The notes under the pieces are model-generated. The model was not told the DNA's origin. It made no database searches and saw nothing but the letters and a program-made list of their open reading frames with translations. From an uncultured delta proteobacterium (lineage in GTDB: Bacteria; Desulfobacterota; RBG-13-43-22), in assembly GCA_963711835.1 (NCBI GenBank), contig CAVQFQ010000017.1:128001-192000 (forward strand): 64,000 nucleotides of DNA. Reading direction: 5' to 3'. Position 1 is the first letter of the stretch. Every line of letters starts with the position of its first letter. Position numbers and translations under genes: made by a program. Below, one piece after another: positions 48,417 to 59,205 of the stretch.

Positions 48417-48778
48417 TCAAAATAGGTTCCGTCCGGAAATCACAGATATCCTGGATGGAGCGTTCAGCTTTCAGCAGACAGCAGTCAGCTTAATCGATAA
48501 TTTCTAAAGTTTTTTGCTGAAGGCTATTAGCCTTCATCCGAAAAACGCCTTTTCCCGATGCAAAGAATTAATTTTTAGACAAATAGCTCCGAAATAGGTG
48601 GACCAGGTTATAAAGTGTCATTCATTTTGTACAACTCTGTAACCTTATTAACGACCGTCGCCTTAACCGGTTATTTTTTTTGATTCCTTCATGTTATTTT
48701 TTTATTGCTTGAAGGGCAAAACTTTGTTACAGAATTCACTTAATTTCCAAAATCCTCAAAATTAAGGAGGGAATTAAA

Positions 48779-49285
48779 ATGCCACATGAAAAAAAAGTGG
48801 GGGAGTTGATGATCCCTTTAACGGATTATCCTCATATTCCGTACTGGTTTACGATCAAACAGGCCATTGCCATCGTTAAGAAGTCGGCCCTGGGGCTTGA
48901 GGGGAAATTAGAACCCAACACCCTGCTCATTTTTGATGAGAAATATCAATTGATGGGATCGTTAACTATGAAGGATCTGATCAGGGGCATTGAAAAAAAA
49001 TTCATCCGTTCCAACGGCTTCATGTCCAAGGAATGGGACACCCCCGTCTTTTTTGAGGGGTTGTTCACCGAGGGCGTCAAGGAAGAGGCCCAGAAGCCGG
49101 TCAGCGAGATCATGTCTCCCGTTAAAGATACCATGCAAGCAGGAGAATCAATTATTAAGGCCATTTATATTATGATGGAACAAGACCAAAATCTACTCCC
49201 AGTGTTGGATCAGGGCACCGTAGTCGGGGTCATCCGGTTGAATGAAATATTCAATGAACTCGCCAAACTGGTTCTGGGTGATTAG
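48779..49285 (+). CDS. CBS domain protein
   Basis: KVGELMIP, KPVSEIMSP, LLPVLDQGTVVGVIRLNEI. Confidence 0.88.
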   Translation: MPHEKKVGELMIPLTDYPHIPYWFTIKQAIAIVKKSALGLEGKLEPNTLLIFDEKYQLMGSLTMKDLIRGIEKKFIRSNGFMSKEWDTPVFFEGLFTEGVKEEAQKPVSEIMSPVKDTMQAGESIIKAIYIMMEQDQNLLPVLDQGTVVGVIRLNEIFNELAKLVLGD

Positions 49286-49293
49286 AGGAGGAA

Positions 49294-50820
49294 ATGATGG
49301 CTGAAGCGAAAAAGAAACCAATTGTCTCTGAAGGACTTCCCGAGATCCCCGATAAAATCCATCTCGCCCCCATTTATAAGCGGATTGACTGGAAAAGAAT
49401 ACTTTTTATTTTGTTAGGGTTAGGCCTTTTTTTCTGGCTTTACCTGATTCCTCCCTTGCCGGATGCTGTAGACCCGACCGGCAAACACTTTGCCCTTTCC
49501 CAACCAGGGAAGGCTGCCCTCGGTCTTTTTCTGCTGGCCGGAATCTGGTGGGTTTTTGAGGTGATCCCGATCGGGGTGACCAGTATTGCCATCGGGGTGG
49601 TCCAGGCCATCTTTAGCATTCGAACTGCCAAGGATGCCTTCAGGGATTTTATGGACCCTTCGGTTATGTTTATCTTCGGTTCTCTCTTGATTGGTCTGGC
49701 CTTCACCAAATCCGGTCTGACCCGAAGACTGGCTTATAAAATGCTGGCCATCGTCGGCGAAAACACCAAGATGATCCTGCTGGGGACCATGGTTATTGTG
49801 GCTGCCTTGGCTCATTTTATGGCCCATACGGCCGCGGCGGCTACGGTCTTTCCAATCCTGATGGCTATCTACGCCCTCTATGGGGAAGGAGACCGGCCGA
49901 CTAAATTCGGTAAGGCCCTTTTTATCGGGATGGCCTACAGTGCCGGAGCGGGGAGTATTGCCACCATGCTGGGCTCGGCCAGAGCCCCGGCTGGGGTGGG
50001 GATGTTTAAAGAGTTTACCGGACAGGATATTACTTTTTTCGAGCTTTCCAAATACTTGATTCCATTAAGCTGGTTAATGGTTATTTTGGTCTGGCTATTG
50101 CTGATCACTTTTTTTAAACCCGAAAAGCCGAGAATCGAAGGATTAAAGAAAAAGGCCGAGGATCTTTATAGACAATTGGGACCTATGGGCGTTAAGGAAA
50201 AATTTGTTATTTTTCTGGTAATCGGGGTGGTCATCACCATGACCCTCCAGTCTTTTCTTCCTGCCATGAAATACCTGGATCGATCGGCCATAATCCTGGT
50301 CGCCGGTCTTTTATTTTTCCTTTCCAAACTGGTTACCGTCAAAGAACTGGAAGAAATCCCCTGGAATATTGTTTTGCTCTTCAGCGGGGCCATGAGCATC
50401 GGCTTCTGTCTATGGCAGGTGGGCACAGCCCAGTGGCTGGCCGTCCATTGGCTCAACATGTTTAAGGAGTCGCATTGGCTGGTCTTTGTCATGAGCATCG
50501 CCACCTTTGTCCTGATCATGACCAATTTTATTATGAATGTGGCGGCCATCGCCATCTCATTGCCGGTGGCCCTGGTCATTGCCAAATACCTGGGGGTCAG
50601 CCCGGAGGTGGTCTTTTTTGCCTCTTTGGTTACTGCGGGCATGCCCTTCATCCTCCTGATCGGCGCTGCCCCCAATGCCATGTCCTATGAATCGAAGCAA
50701 TTTACTACCGGAGAATTTTTCTGGGCCGGCATACCCGCCAGCATTGTTTTGTTAATCATATTGGCTATCACCATTCTGACGATCTGGCCGATTTTGGGGA
50801 TGCCGATATTGGTTAAATAG
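49294..50820 (+). CDS. SLC13/DASS family anion:Na+ symporter
   Basis: WWVFEVIPIGVT, KSGLTRRLA, AYSAGAGS.AT.LGS, IPWN, TNFIMNVA, AAPNA. Confidence 0.9.
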   Translation: MMAEAKKKPIVSEGLPEIPDKIHLAPIYKRIDWKRILFILLGLGLFFWLYLIPPLPDAVDPTGKHFALSQPGKAALGLFLLAGIWWVFEVIPIGVTSIAIGVVQAIFSIRTAKDAFRDFMDPSVMFIFGSLLIGLAFTKSGLTRRLAYKMLAIVGENTKMILLGTMVIVAALAHFMAHTAAAATVFPILMAIYALYGEGDRPTKFGKALFIGMAYSAGAGSIATMLGSARAPAGVGMFKEFTGQDITFFELSKYLIPLSWLMVILVWLLLITFFKPEKPRIEGLKKKAEDLYRQLGPMGVKEKFVIFLVIGVVITMTLQSFLPAMKYLDRSAIILVAGLLFFLSKLVTVKELEEIPWNIVLLFSGAMSIGFCLWQVGTAQWLAVHWLNMFKESHWLVFVMSIATFVLIMTNFIMNVAAIAISLPVALVIAKYLGVSPEVVFFASLVTAGMPFILLIGAAPNAMSYESKQFTTGEFFWAGIPASIVLLIILAITILTIWPILGMPILVK

Positions 50821-50953
50821 GAGAGCAGTCGGCTTTAGCGATCAAGGTGCAACGGTCAAGGGAAAACCTCAAATAAACGATAGCTCTTTTTGGCTTATCC
50901 TCTGACTGCTTTCAGGCTAACTCTATCTGAATTTCCAAAAGGAGATGTCAGAC

Positions 50954-52690
50954 ATGAGAAAAATTGCGATACTATCACATTCTATCTTCTGCTATTGATT
51001 TCAATATTACCGAAAATTGTTTTAGGAGCTGTGGCGGGAAAGCCCTCCGGACCTTCCGATATCCTGATCGTCTCCGGGACCATCGCCAATGCCCAGGGGA
51101 AAGGGGTCAAGGAGGTGGGGGTTCATTTCTTTCTCAATGGTCAAAAAATTGAGTTAAAGGATGAGATTGCCACCTCTAGGGAGGGAAATTATAAAGTGGA
51201 AATCGCCTTGCCTACCGGAAGCCTGCCGGGCGCAAAGGTAGAAATGCAGGCCGATAAGCCTTCTTATCAGGAGTCTCAACAGATTGCCTTAGCCTCCATT
51301 GTGAAAGAGAAAACGGATGCCCAGGGAAATACCTATTATCTGGCTCATCAAAATGTGACCATAAAAAGGGCCGTTTCCCCGGCCTTTTGGATCGCCACCC
51401 TGGTGCTGATCCTGGTTTATGCCCTGATTGCCTTCGAGGTCATGCACCGGACCCTGGCCGCCCTGCTGGGAGCGGCCCTGCTCATGTTCATCACCTATAC
51501 GGTAGGGACGTTTAACTCCGATTACACCATCCTGAAATTTGAAGACGCCATGCACGCCATGGACATGAACGTCATCTTTTTGCTGATGGCCATGATGATC
51601 ATCGTCGGGGTCATGAAAAAGACCGGGGTCTTCCAGTGGCTGGCCTACAAGTCCTTCCAGGTGGCCCGGGGCAATGTTTTCGCCCTGGCGGCTGTGCTGA
51701 TGTTCGTCACCGCCTTCGTTTCGGCCTTCCTGGACAACGTGACCACCATGCTGCTGATCATCCCGGTGACCATTGAGATCGCCGTGACCTTAAAAATCAA
51801 CCCTGTCCACCTACTGTTGCCCGAGGCCTTCGCCTCCAACGTGGGAGGCACAGCCACCCTGATCGGGGACCCGCCCAACATCATGATCGGCTCCTATGCC
51901 AAGCTCAGTTTCGTGGATTTCGTCCAGAACCTGACCATCATCTGTCTGATCTGCCTGGTGGTCATTATTATCTATTTCCTCTACTGGTACAAGAAGGGGT
52001 ATCTAAAGGCCGAAGTCGGAGATATTCCCAAAATGATTAATCACTTGCGGCAGGAATACAAGATCACCAACGGCAGACTCCTTGTCTACTGCGCTATCAT
52101 GCTGGCGGTTACTATTTTTCTGTTTATCATCCACGGGGCCCTGCACATGGAACCCAGCGTCGCTGCCCTGATCGGGGCCGCCCTTCTGCTGGTTATCACC
52201 CGGGTGGATATCGTCGAGATGCTGGAACACGAGATCGAGTGGCCGACCCTGATCTTTTTCATGATGCTCTTCATCGTGGTGGCCGGGGCCGAAGAGACGG
52301 GGCTGATCCAGATCATCGCCGATTGGGTCAAGGACGTCTCCGGCGGTTCCCTGGTGGTCGGCCATCCTGATGATCCTCTGGGTCTCGGCCCTGGCTTCGG
52401 CAATTATTGATAACATACCTTTCACGGCCACCATGCTGCCCATCGTGGCCTATTTGACCCAGGTCATTCCCGGGGCCCAGAGCGGGGTGCTCTGGTGGGC
52501 CTTGTCTTTGGGGGCCTGTCTGGGCGGTAACGGGACCATGATCGGGGCCAGCGCTAACGTAGTCACCGTGGGCATGGCCGAACGGGCCGGCTATCCTATT
52601 TCCTTCATGTATTATCTGAAGGCCGCCTTTATCCCGATGATCATCACGATCATCTTGTGTTCATTCTGGTTGCTGCTGGTGGAAATGTAG
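50954..52690 (+). CDS. ArsB/NhaD (P-protein-like) ion transporter with extracytoplasmic N-terminal domain; frameshifts near 50980 and 52360
   Basis: SAFLDNVTT, ASNVGGTATLIGDPPNIMIG, SAIIDNIPF, GGNGTMIGASANV; AAGGAG RBS before ATG 50954. Confidence 0.88.
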
Positions 52691-52696
52691 AAAAGA

Positions 52697-52780
52697 AGGG
52701 TTCAGGAGTTCAGGGGTTCGAGGGTCAAAAGATTTTTGTCCTTGCATTCTTTCACTTGAATCCCTGGCCCCTTGAATCCT
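52697..52780. repeat. 8-bp-periodic palindromic intergenic repeat
   Basis: agggttcaggagttcaggggttcgaggg...ttcacttgaatccctggccccttgaatcct. Confidence 0.65.
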
Positions 52781-52809
52781 TAAATTTAAAAACACTTCAA
52801 GGAGTGACT

Positions 52810-53250
52810 ATGGCCTATAAAAGTATCGTCTGCGGAGTGACCGGATCCGAGTCTTCTCAAAAAGCGGCCTTGGAAGCGGCCCGACTGGCCAAAGAAAATC
52901 AGGCCGCCCTGACCTATGTCTATGCGGTGGATGTCAAGTTCCTGAAAGGCTTAACTATTCAGCTCACTTCGGATTTCGCGGAAAAGACCCTGGAGCACCT
53001 GGGCGGCCACATCCTGGAAAGGGCCGAAGAATCGGCGGCCGCCCAGGGGGTGACGCCCCGAAAAGTTATCCGGTCCGGCGCCGTCCTGGAAGTCTTAAAG
53101 CAGGTCATCCAGGAGGAAAAAGCCGATCTGCTGATGCTGGGGCATGAAGACCGTTCCTTTTTTGAAAAAATCCTTTTCGGGGGAGAGGTGGAAGACCACG
53201 TGCAGGAGTTGATCAAACAGACCGGGGTTTCCGTCCAGGTAGTCAAATAA
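52810..53250 (+). CDS. Universal stress protein
   Basis: YKSIVCGVTGSESSQKA, ADLLMLG, LFGG. Confidence 0.9.
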   Translation: MAYKSIVCGVTGSESSQKAALEAARLAKENQAALTYVYAVDVKFLKGLTIQLTSDFAEKTLEHLGGHILERAEESAAAQGVTPRKVIRSGAVLEVLKQVIQEEKADLLMLGHEDRSFFEKILFGGEVEDHVQELIKQTGVSVQVVK

Positions 53251-53520
53251 TCCTCCTTATCAATTCGGTGCCCCGCCGGTCTTGGAAGAGAAACCGCGAT
53301 GCGATCGGGTTTCAGATTTCTTCTCTCTTCTTACTCTTTTTCCTCCAATGTGTTATTATCCTAAATTAACGGTCTTGAAACCACTGAACAAGCCTCTTCC
53401 CCTCTATGCGCCTGCCTGTGCCGGCACGGCAGATAGGGGGAAGGGGGTACGAGTTCAGAGATATCGTCCCTGGATTTCAAATCGGGTCTTGAAAAAAGCG
53501 GGGATCTGAAAGGGTTTTGG

Positions 53521-55770
53521 ATGGTTATCCCTTCTAAAAAATTTATTCTGGGGATCGGCTTCTTCACCGTGGTTCTCCTTTTGGCCGGGGTGGTGGTGGG
53601 ATTCTATTCCCTGAAATATATGAAGGAAATCGTCAGTGACCAGTTTAATCAGCAGCAGCTCGAACTGGCCCAGCATGCGGCCCGCCAACTGGAAAACCAG
53701 TTTTTAAACCTCACCCAGGATCTGGCCACCTTGAACCAGTCCCCTTCGGTCCAATATCTGGAGAAATACTCCTGGGCCAACCGGATTGAAATAACCCTCT
53801 CCACCATGCGGGATACCGGGGTCCTGGAAATCGGCCGGGTGGATGAAGATGGGAAAAAACGATTCGCGGTAACGAACAAAGACGAGGTTCGAGTCACCCG
53901 GGAAGATTTTTCTCAAACCGAAATTTTTAAGTGGGCCCGAGACCTAAAAAACAGAAATCAGATATTTTTCCGACCGGCTAACGAGGGAGAAGAATTCCCC
54001 CAAAGACAGATCGCCAAAGTGTTTATGCCCACCTACCTGGAATCGGCGGATGACGCCCATCCCGTTCCCAGTCACCAGTTTGCCGGGTACATCTACCTGC
54101 TCCTGGATCGACACTACCTGGTCACCCGGATGATTAAGGACATTCGCTCCGGGAAAACCGGATATGCCTGGGCCATTGACAACCGGGGGAATTTCATTAC
54201 CCATCCCGTGGAAGAGTTCATAGGGAAAAACGCCTTTGAGATCAGGGAAAAGCGGGGGCCTAAAATATCCTTTGATCAGATCAACCGTATCCAAAAGGAA
54301 AAGATGCTCCAGGGGGAGTCCGGTACCTCCTGGTATGTTTCCGGATGGCATCGCGGGGTCCAGGGCAACATCAAAAAACTGATCGCCTACGCCCCGGTTC
54401 GGCTCATGGGACCGACCCAGCCCCCCAACTGGGCCGTGGCCGTAGTCGCCCCGACCACCGAAGTGGATGAAGTCTTCCATACCCCCTATGTCTGGCAGTT
54501 CGTCATGCAGGGCATCATCATTTTCGCCATCTTGTTGGGGGGGCTGGTGATCCTGGGTCTGGAATGGCGCTATACCCGCACCTTGGAGGAAGAGATCAAA
54601 GCCAAGACCGCCGATCTCATTCGTTCCGAAAAGCGGTATAAGGGACTGGTCGAAAGCGCTCAAGACCTTATTTTTTCCGTGGATCGCTCGGGGCATTTTT
54701 TGTCTCTCAACCGCTACGGGGTTTATTTTTTAAGCGGTCACCTCCTGGATGGGGAAAACCGGGCAGGCGGACCGAACGCCCACTACGCGGAAACGGCCGA
54801 GAATTTTTTAGGAAAATCCATCTTCGACTATTTCGGGTCCAAGAGCGCCTTCAATCCCAATCTGATCGATGCGGTCTGGAATACGGGCCGGCCCCGGATT
54901 TTTGAACAGACCATACGGATTGATTCCCAGGAATGTTGGCTGAGCACCCAACTGATCGCCCTTAAAGATGAAGAAGGCCAGGTCCTGGGCATTCTGGGAA
55001 TTTCCCGGGATATTACCGAAAAGAAAAAAATCGAGCAGCAAATGATTAACACCGAGAAGCTGGCGTCGCTGGGGCTGATGTCCGCCGGGGTGGCCCATGA
55101 GATCAATAATCCTCTCGGGGTCATTCTGGGTTACTGCGACTACATGCTGGAGAAACTGCCTCCGGAAGATAAATTTCACCAGATCCTGAAAAAAATCGAG
55201 CGGCAGGGGGAACACTGTAAAAAGATCGTGGAAAACCTGCTCAGTTTTTCCCGCTATTCGGATCACACCGAGGATGTGAGCGATGTCAACGCCAACCTGG
55301 AGACGGTCCTGAACGTGGTCCAGAATAACCTGCTGATCAAGAAGGTTCAACTGATCAAGGATCTGGAACCCGGCCTGCCCAAGGTCAAGATCGATCCCAT
55401 TCAACTGCAGCAGGTTATCCTGAATTTGATCAACAATGCCGTGGCCGCCATGCCTCAGGGCGGAATCCTCACCGTAGCCACCGAGTGCACCGGCGGGTTG
55501 GAACGGGTGAAAATCCTGGTCCTCGACACCGGGACCGGCATTCGGGAGGAGCATCGCCAACGGATCTTCGATCCTTTTTTTACCACTAAAAAGGTGGGCG
55601 AGGGGACCGGATTAGGGCTGACGGTGAGTTACGGAATCATTACCCATTACCAGGGAACCATCACCATGGAAACCAAAACCGAGGATGAAGACCCGCAGCA
55701 CCACGGTACCCGATTTACGGTCACTCTTCCGGTTTACCATTCCAAGAGGGGTGTCCCGGAAAAAGGCTGA
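53521..55770 (+). CDS. Sensor histidine kinase (Cache + PAS + HisKA + HATPase)
   Basis: Two TMs, GKTGYAWAID..G.FITHP, PAS, AGVAHEINNPL, NLINNA, DTGTGI, FDPFFTTK, GTGLGL. Confidence 0.95.
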   Translation: MVIPSKKFILGIGFFTVVLLLAGVVVGFYSLKYMKEIVSDQFNQQQLELAQHAARQLENQFLNLTQDLATLNQSPSVQYLEKYSWANRIEITLSTMRDTGVLEIGRVDEDGKKRFAVTNKDEVRVTREDFSQTEIFKWARDLKNRNQIFFRPANEGEEFPQRQIAKVFMPTYLESADDAHPVPSHQFAGYIYLLLDRHYLVTRMIKDIRSGKTGYAWAIDNRGNFITHPVEEFIGKNAFEIREKRGPKISFDQINRIQKEKMLQGESGTSWYVSGWHRGVQGNIKKLIAYAPVRLMGPTQPPNWAVAVVAPTTEVDEVFHTPYVWQFVMQGIIIFAILLGGLVILGLEWRYTRTLEEEIKAKTADLIRSEKRYKGLVESAQDLIFSVDRSGHFLSLNRYGVYFLSGHLLDGENRAGGPNAHYAETAENFLGKSIFDYFGSKSAFNPNLIDAVWNTGRPRIFEQTIRIDSQECWLSTQLIALKDEEGQVLGILGISRDITEKKKIEQQMINTEKLASLGLMSAGVAHEINNPLGVILGYCDYMLEKLPPEDKFHQILKKIERQGEHCKKIVENLLSFSRYSDHTEDVSDVNANLETVLNVVQNNLLIKKVQLIKDLEPGLPKVKIDPIQLQQVILNLINNAVAAMPQGGILTVATECTGGLERVKILVLDTGTGIREEHRQRIFDPFFTTKKVGEGTGLGLTVSYGIITHYQGTITMETKTEDEDPQHHGTRFTVTLPVYHSKRGVPEKG

Positions 55771-55775
55771 GATTC

Positions 55776-56207
55776 ATGGCGGAGAATATTCTTATTGTAG
55801 ATGATGAGTTGGACATGCTGGAGTTGTTGGAATTGATTATCACCGACCGGACCGATTATCGGGTGATAACCACCTCCGAACCCCAAAAGGCCACCCAACT
55901 ACTGAGAGAACAGCCTATTGATCTGGTCATCACCGACCTGCGGATGCCTGAAATGGACGGCCTGGAATTGATCGACAAGATCAAACAATGGGATGATCAA
56001 ATCCCTTTCATCATCATTACCGCTTATGGAACGATGGAATCGGCCATGGAGGCCCTGCGCCAGGGCGCCCTGGATTATATTACCAAACCCTTTCGCCGGG
56101 AACAGATACTCCTGACCGTTGAAAAGGCCATGAAATGGCGCCGTCTTCTAAAAGAAAACCAGGCCCTCAAAGCCGAGCTGGAGGCCCTCAAGAAGACCCA
56201 TGCGTAA
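55776..56207 (+). CDS. Single-domain response regulator
   Basis: ILIVDDE, LVITDLRMP, ITAYG, YITKPF. Confidence 0.95.
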   Translation: MAENILIVDDELDMLELLELIITDRTDYRVITTSEPQKATQLLREQPIDLVITDLRMPEMDGLELIDKIKQWDDQIPFIIITAYGTMESAMEALRQGALDYITKPFRREQILLTVEKAMKWRRLLKENQALKAELEALKKTHA

Positions 56208-58761
56208 CTTTCTGGATATTTTTAAGAAAAAAGAAGCGCCCCTTGAAGGCGGGGCGACTCCGTCGGTTCAACTCCGCCAGAAGTTCGGGGCCTTTAAAAA
56301 TTTATTAGCCGAAAATCAGAAGATCCTGGAAATTATTACCGACCTGGAAGAAAAATATGCCGGGGAGTATCTCTTCGACCGGCAGTACCTGCGGGCCCGG
56401 GTTAAGGAATTAAGCGAGCGGGTTTATAGCCTGATCCGGGAATTAAATGAACTTTCCGAGTCCCCTTATACCCAACTCTACCCGGTTTATGAGCAGATTC
56501 ATCAGACTTTAAGTGATCTTCTGGCCCAAAGGCGGGCCATTCCGGCCGACCCTTTTGTCCTTCCCTTAAAGGACATCAGTCTCGAAAAAGAGGGGAGCGT
56601 AGGAGGGAAGATGGCCAACCTGGGGGAAATCGCCAACCGTCTGAACCTCCCCGTGCCTCCAGGGTTTGCCATCACCGCCCAGGCCTATAAAACCTTTATC
56701 CTCCACAACCAACTCCAGGAAGCCCTATCCAGCCGTTTGGACCGGCTGGATATCAATCAGTTAGGGGATCTGGTTATCGTCAGCCGTGAAATACAACAAC
56801 TGGTTCTGGAAAAAGAAGTCCCCTCCCAGCTCCTGGAGGCCTTTAAAAAAGGATACGAGGATTGGATTCGGGAGCCGGGCCGGGAAGTCCCGGTGGCGAT
56901 CCGGAGCAGCGCCTTGGGGGAAGACGGCCGCTTGTCCTTTGCCGGTCAATACAGCACGGCTCTAAACGTTTCCCCCGATCAGATCGCCTTGAAATACAAG
57001 GAGATCATCGCCAGCAAGTTTACTCCCCGGGCCATTTTTTATTTTTTGGGCAAGGGCTTCCGCGAAGAGGATATCGCCATGGGGGTTGGTTGTCTGGCCA
57101 TGATCCGGGCCAGGGCGGGAGGAGTATTATATACCGTCGATCCCTTGCAGCCCCATAAGAAGGAGGCGGTTATTCATGCGGCTTGGGGATTGGGCAAAGC
57201 CGTGGTGGATGGGTCGGTCACGCCCGATGTCTATCTGATCTCCAAGGAAGGGGATTTTGCCCTCCGGGAGTCGCGGATCGCCTATAAAGAGAAGATGTTT
57301 GTCATGGGGGACCAGGATGCTATCCGGGAAGTACCGGTGGCCCCGGAAAAAAGAGAGATAGCCTGCCTCTCGGAGACCGTTCTTCGGGATCTGGTCCGGA
57401 TTGCTCTGGCGGTTGAAAACCATTATCACCATCCTCAGGATGTGGAATGGGCCCTGGATGAACAAAACCGGCTTTATATCCTGCAGTCCAGGCCGCTGAA
57501 GGTTTTTGACCGCCGTTATGCCCAGGATCGGGTGGAGGAAACGGTGGATCCGGACCTCCACCCGGTGCTTTTAAATACCGGCGTGATGGGGGCCCCGGGT
57601 GTAGGGGCCGGACCTGTTTTTTTGATCCGTCAGGAGGAAGACCTGATTGATTTTCCTTTGGGCGCTGTCCTGGCGGCCCGGATGCCTTCTCCGAAATTTG
57701 TGACCGTCATGAACCGGGCCCGGGGGATTGTGACCGACCTGGGCGGTGCAGCCAGCCACATGGCCTCGCTGGCCCGGGAATTCCGGGTTCCAACGATTTT
57801 GAATACCCAGGAGGCCACCCGGGTGTTGAAAACCGGTCAGGTGGTGACGGTCGATGCCCATAATCGAAAGGTTTATCAGGGCCGGGTGGAAAAAATCCTC
57901 CGGCAGGAGGAAGAGAAAATAAATATTTTTGAGGAGACCTCCTTATTTGTCCTCTTTAAACAGATTTTGGACCAGGTCGTTCCCTTGAATCTGATCGATC
58001 CCACGGATCCGGGCTTTCTGCCCAAAAACTGCCGAACCTTCCATGACATTACCCGCTTTGTCCATCAGAAGGGCACGCAGGAGATGTTCTCCTTGAGTTC
58101 GGCTTCCTCGATTTCCGGAGGGAAGGCCTTAAAAATTGAAACAAGCCTGCCCTTGGAGATTTATCTGGTGGACCTGGGAAATTGTATCAGCCAACCGGCC
58201 GGAGGTTCCAAGGTCAAGGTGGAAGCCATCCATTCCTGGCCCTTGCAAGCCCTTTGGAAGGGGATCGCTTCCATGAAATGGCCCGGCCCCAAGCCGCTGG
58301 ATGTCAAGGGCTTTGCTTCCGTGGTGGCCCAGACCGCCACCGCCGGGGGTGAGGCGGAAAAAATTTATTCCGATAAGAGCTTTGTCCTGGTTTCGGAAGA
58401 CTATATGAACTTCAATGTCCGTTTGGGCTACCATCTTTCCACGATCGAGGCCTTTGGAGATTCCGGCGAGACTGAAAATTATATCAAGTTTATTTTTAAA
58501 GGGGGCGGGGCTACGGTGGACCGCCGGGACCGCCGGGCCCGCTTGATTGCCACCATCCTGGAGAAATTAGGCTTTCAGGTCAACCGGAAAACGGACTTGG
58601 TGGATGCCGGCCTGTTTCATTATACCCGGGAAGCCATGGAAGGCATCCTGACCAACCTGGGGAAACTGACCCTTTATACCAAGCAACTGGATATGGTTAT
58701 GTATAACGAGGCCATCGTGGACTGGTCCATTGAAGAATTTTTTAAGGAACATTTATCTTAG
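56200..58761 (+). CDS. PEP synthase/PPDK-like protein (ATP-grasp + phospho-His swivel, non-canonical C-terminus)
   Basis: VGGKMANLGE, VPPGFAIT, VAIRSSA.GED...SFAGQY, GLGKAVVDG, PQDVEWA, LQSRPL, GGAASHMASLARE. Confidence 0.88.
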   Translation: MRNFLDIFKKKEAPLEGGATPSVQLRQKFGAFKNLLAENQKILEIITDLEEKYAGEYLFDRQYLRARVKELSERVYSLIRELNELSESPYTQLYPVYEQIHQTLSDLLAQRRAIPADPFVLPLKDISLEKEGSVGGKMANLGEIANRLNLPVPPGFAITAQAYKTFILHNQLQEALSSRLDRLDINQLGDLVIVSREIQQLVLEKEVPSQLLEAFKKGYEDWIREPGREVPVAIRSSALGEDGRLSFAGQYSTALNVSPDQIALKYKEIIASKFTPRAIFYFLGKGFREEDIAMGVGCLAMIRARAGGVLYTVDPLQPHKKEAVIHAAWGLGKAVVDGSVTPDVYLISKEGDFALRESRIAYKEKMFVMGDQDAIREVPVAPEKREIACLSETVLRDLVRIALAVENHYHHPQDVEWALDEQNRLYILQSRPLKVFDRRYAQDRVEETVDPDLHPVLLNTGVMGAPGVGAGPVFLIRQEEDLIDFPLGAVLAARMPSPKFVTVMNRARGIVTDLGGAASHMASLAREFRVPTILNTQEATRVLKTGQVVTVDAHNRKVYQGRVEKILRQEEEKINIFEETSLFVLFKQILDQVVPLNLIDPTDPGFLPKNCRTFHDITRFVHQKGTQEMFSLSSASSISGGKALKIETSLPLEIYLVDLGNCISQPAGGSKVKVEAIHSWPLQALWKGIASMKWPGPKPLDVKGFASVVAQTATAGGEAEKIYSDKSFVLVSEDYMNFNVRLGYHLSTIEAFGDSGETENYIKFIFKGGGATVDRRDRRARLIATILEKLGFQVNRKTDLVDAGLFHYTREAMEGILTNLGKLTLYTKQLDMVMYNEAIVDWSIEEFFKEHLS

Positions 58762-58770
58762 GAGAGAAAG

Positions 58771-59193
58771 ATGGCGGAGAAAATCCTGATTGTAGATGAT
58801 GAGCTGGACATGCTGGAGCTCCTGGAAATGATTATTAGGGATAAGACTCCCTATCAGGTGGTGACCACCAATAATCCCCTGGAAGTCTCCCCTTTGCTGA
58901 CCGACCGATCCTTTGATCTCTTAATCACCGATTTGCGTATGCCGGCCATGGGAGGCCTGGAGCTGATCCGGGAAGTGAAAATCGTCCATCCCTATTTGCC
59001 GGTGATCGTGATCACGGCCTACGGCTCTTCCGAATCGGCTGCAGAGGCGGTTGCTGCCGGGGCCTATGATTACATCACCAAGCCCTTCCGGAAAGAACAT
59101 ATCCTGATTACCATTAACCGGGCTTTGGAATGGCGGGCCATGAAAAAAGAGCTCGAATCCCTGAAAGAAGGGGGGGGCCGGTCCCGGCCCTGA
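58771..59193 (+). CDS. Single-domain response regulator
   Basis: ILIVDDE, LLITDLRMP, ITAYG, YITKPF. Confidence 0.95.
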   Translation: MAEKILIVDDELDMLELLEMIIRDKTPYQVVTTNNPLEVSPLLTDRSFDLLITDLRMPAMGGLELIREVKIVHPYLPVIVITAYGSSESAAEAVAAGAYDYITKPFRKEHILITINRALEWRAMKKELESLKEGGGRSRP

Positions 59194-59205
59194 AAGCGGA
59201 CGACC

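Noticed and set aside
53282-53509. Small ORFs between the USP and kinase genes
   Set aside because: They have no RBS or motifs. The region holds only a small palindromic insert (cctgcctgtgccggcacggcagatagg).
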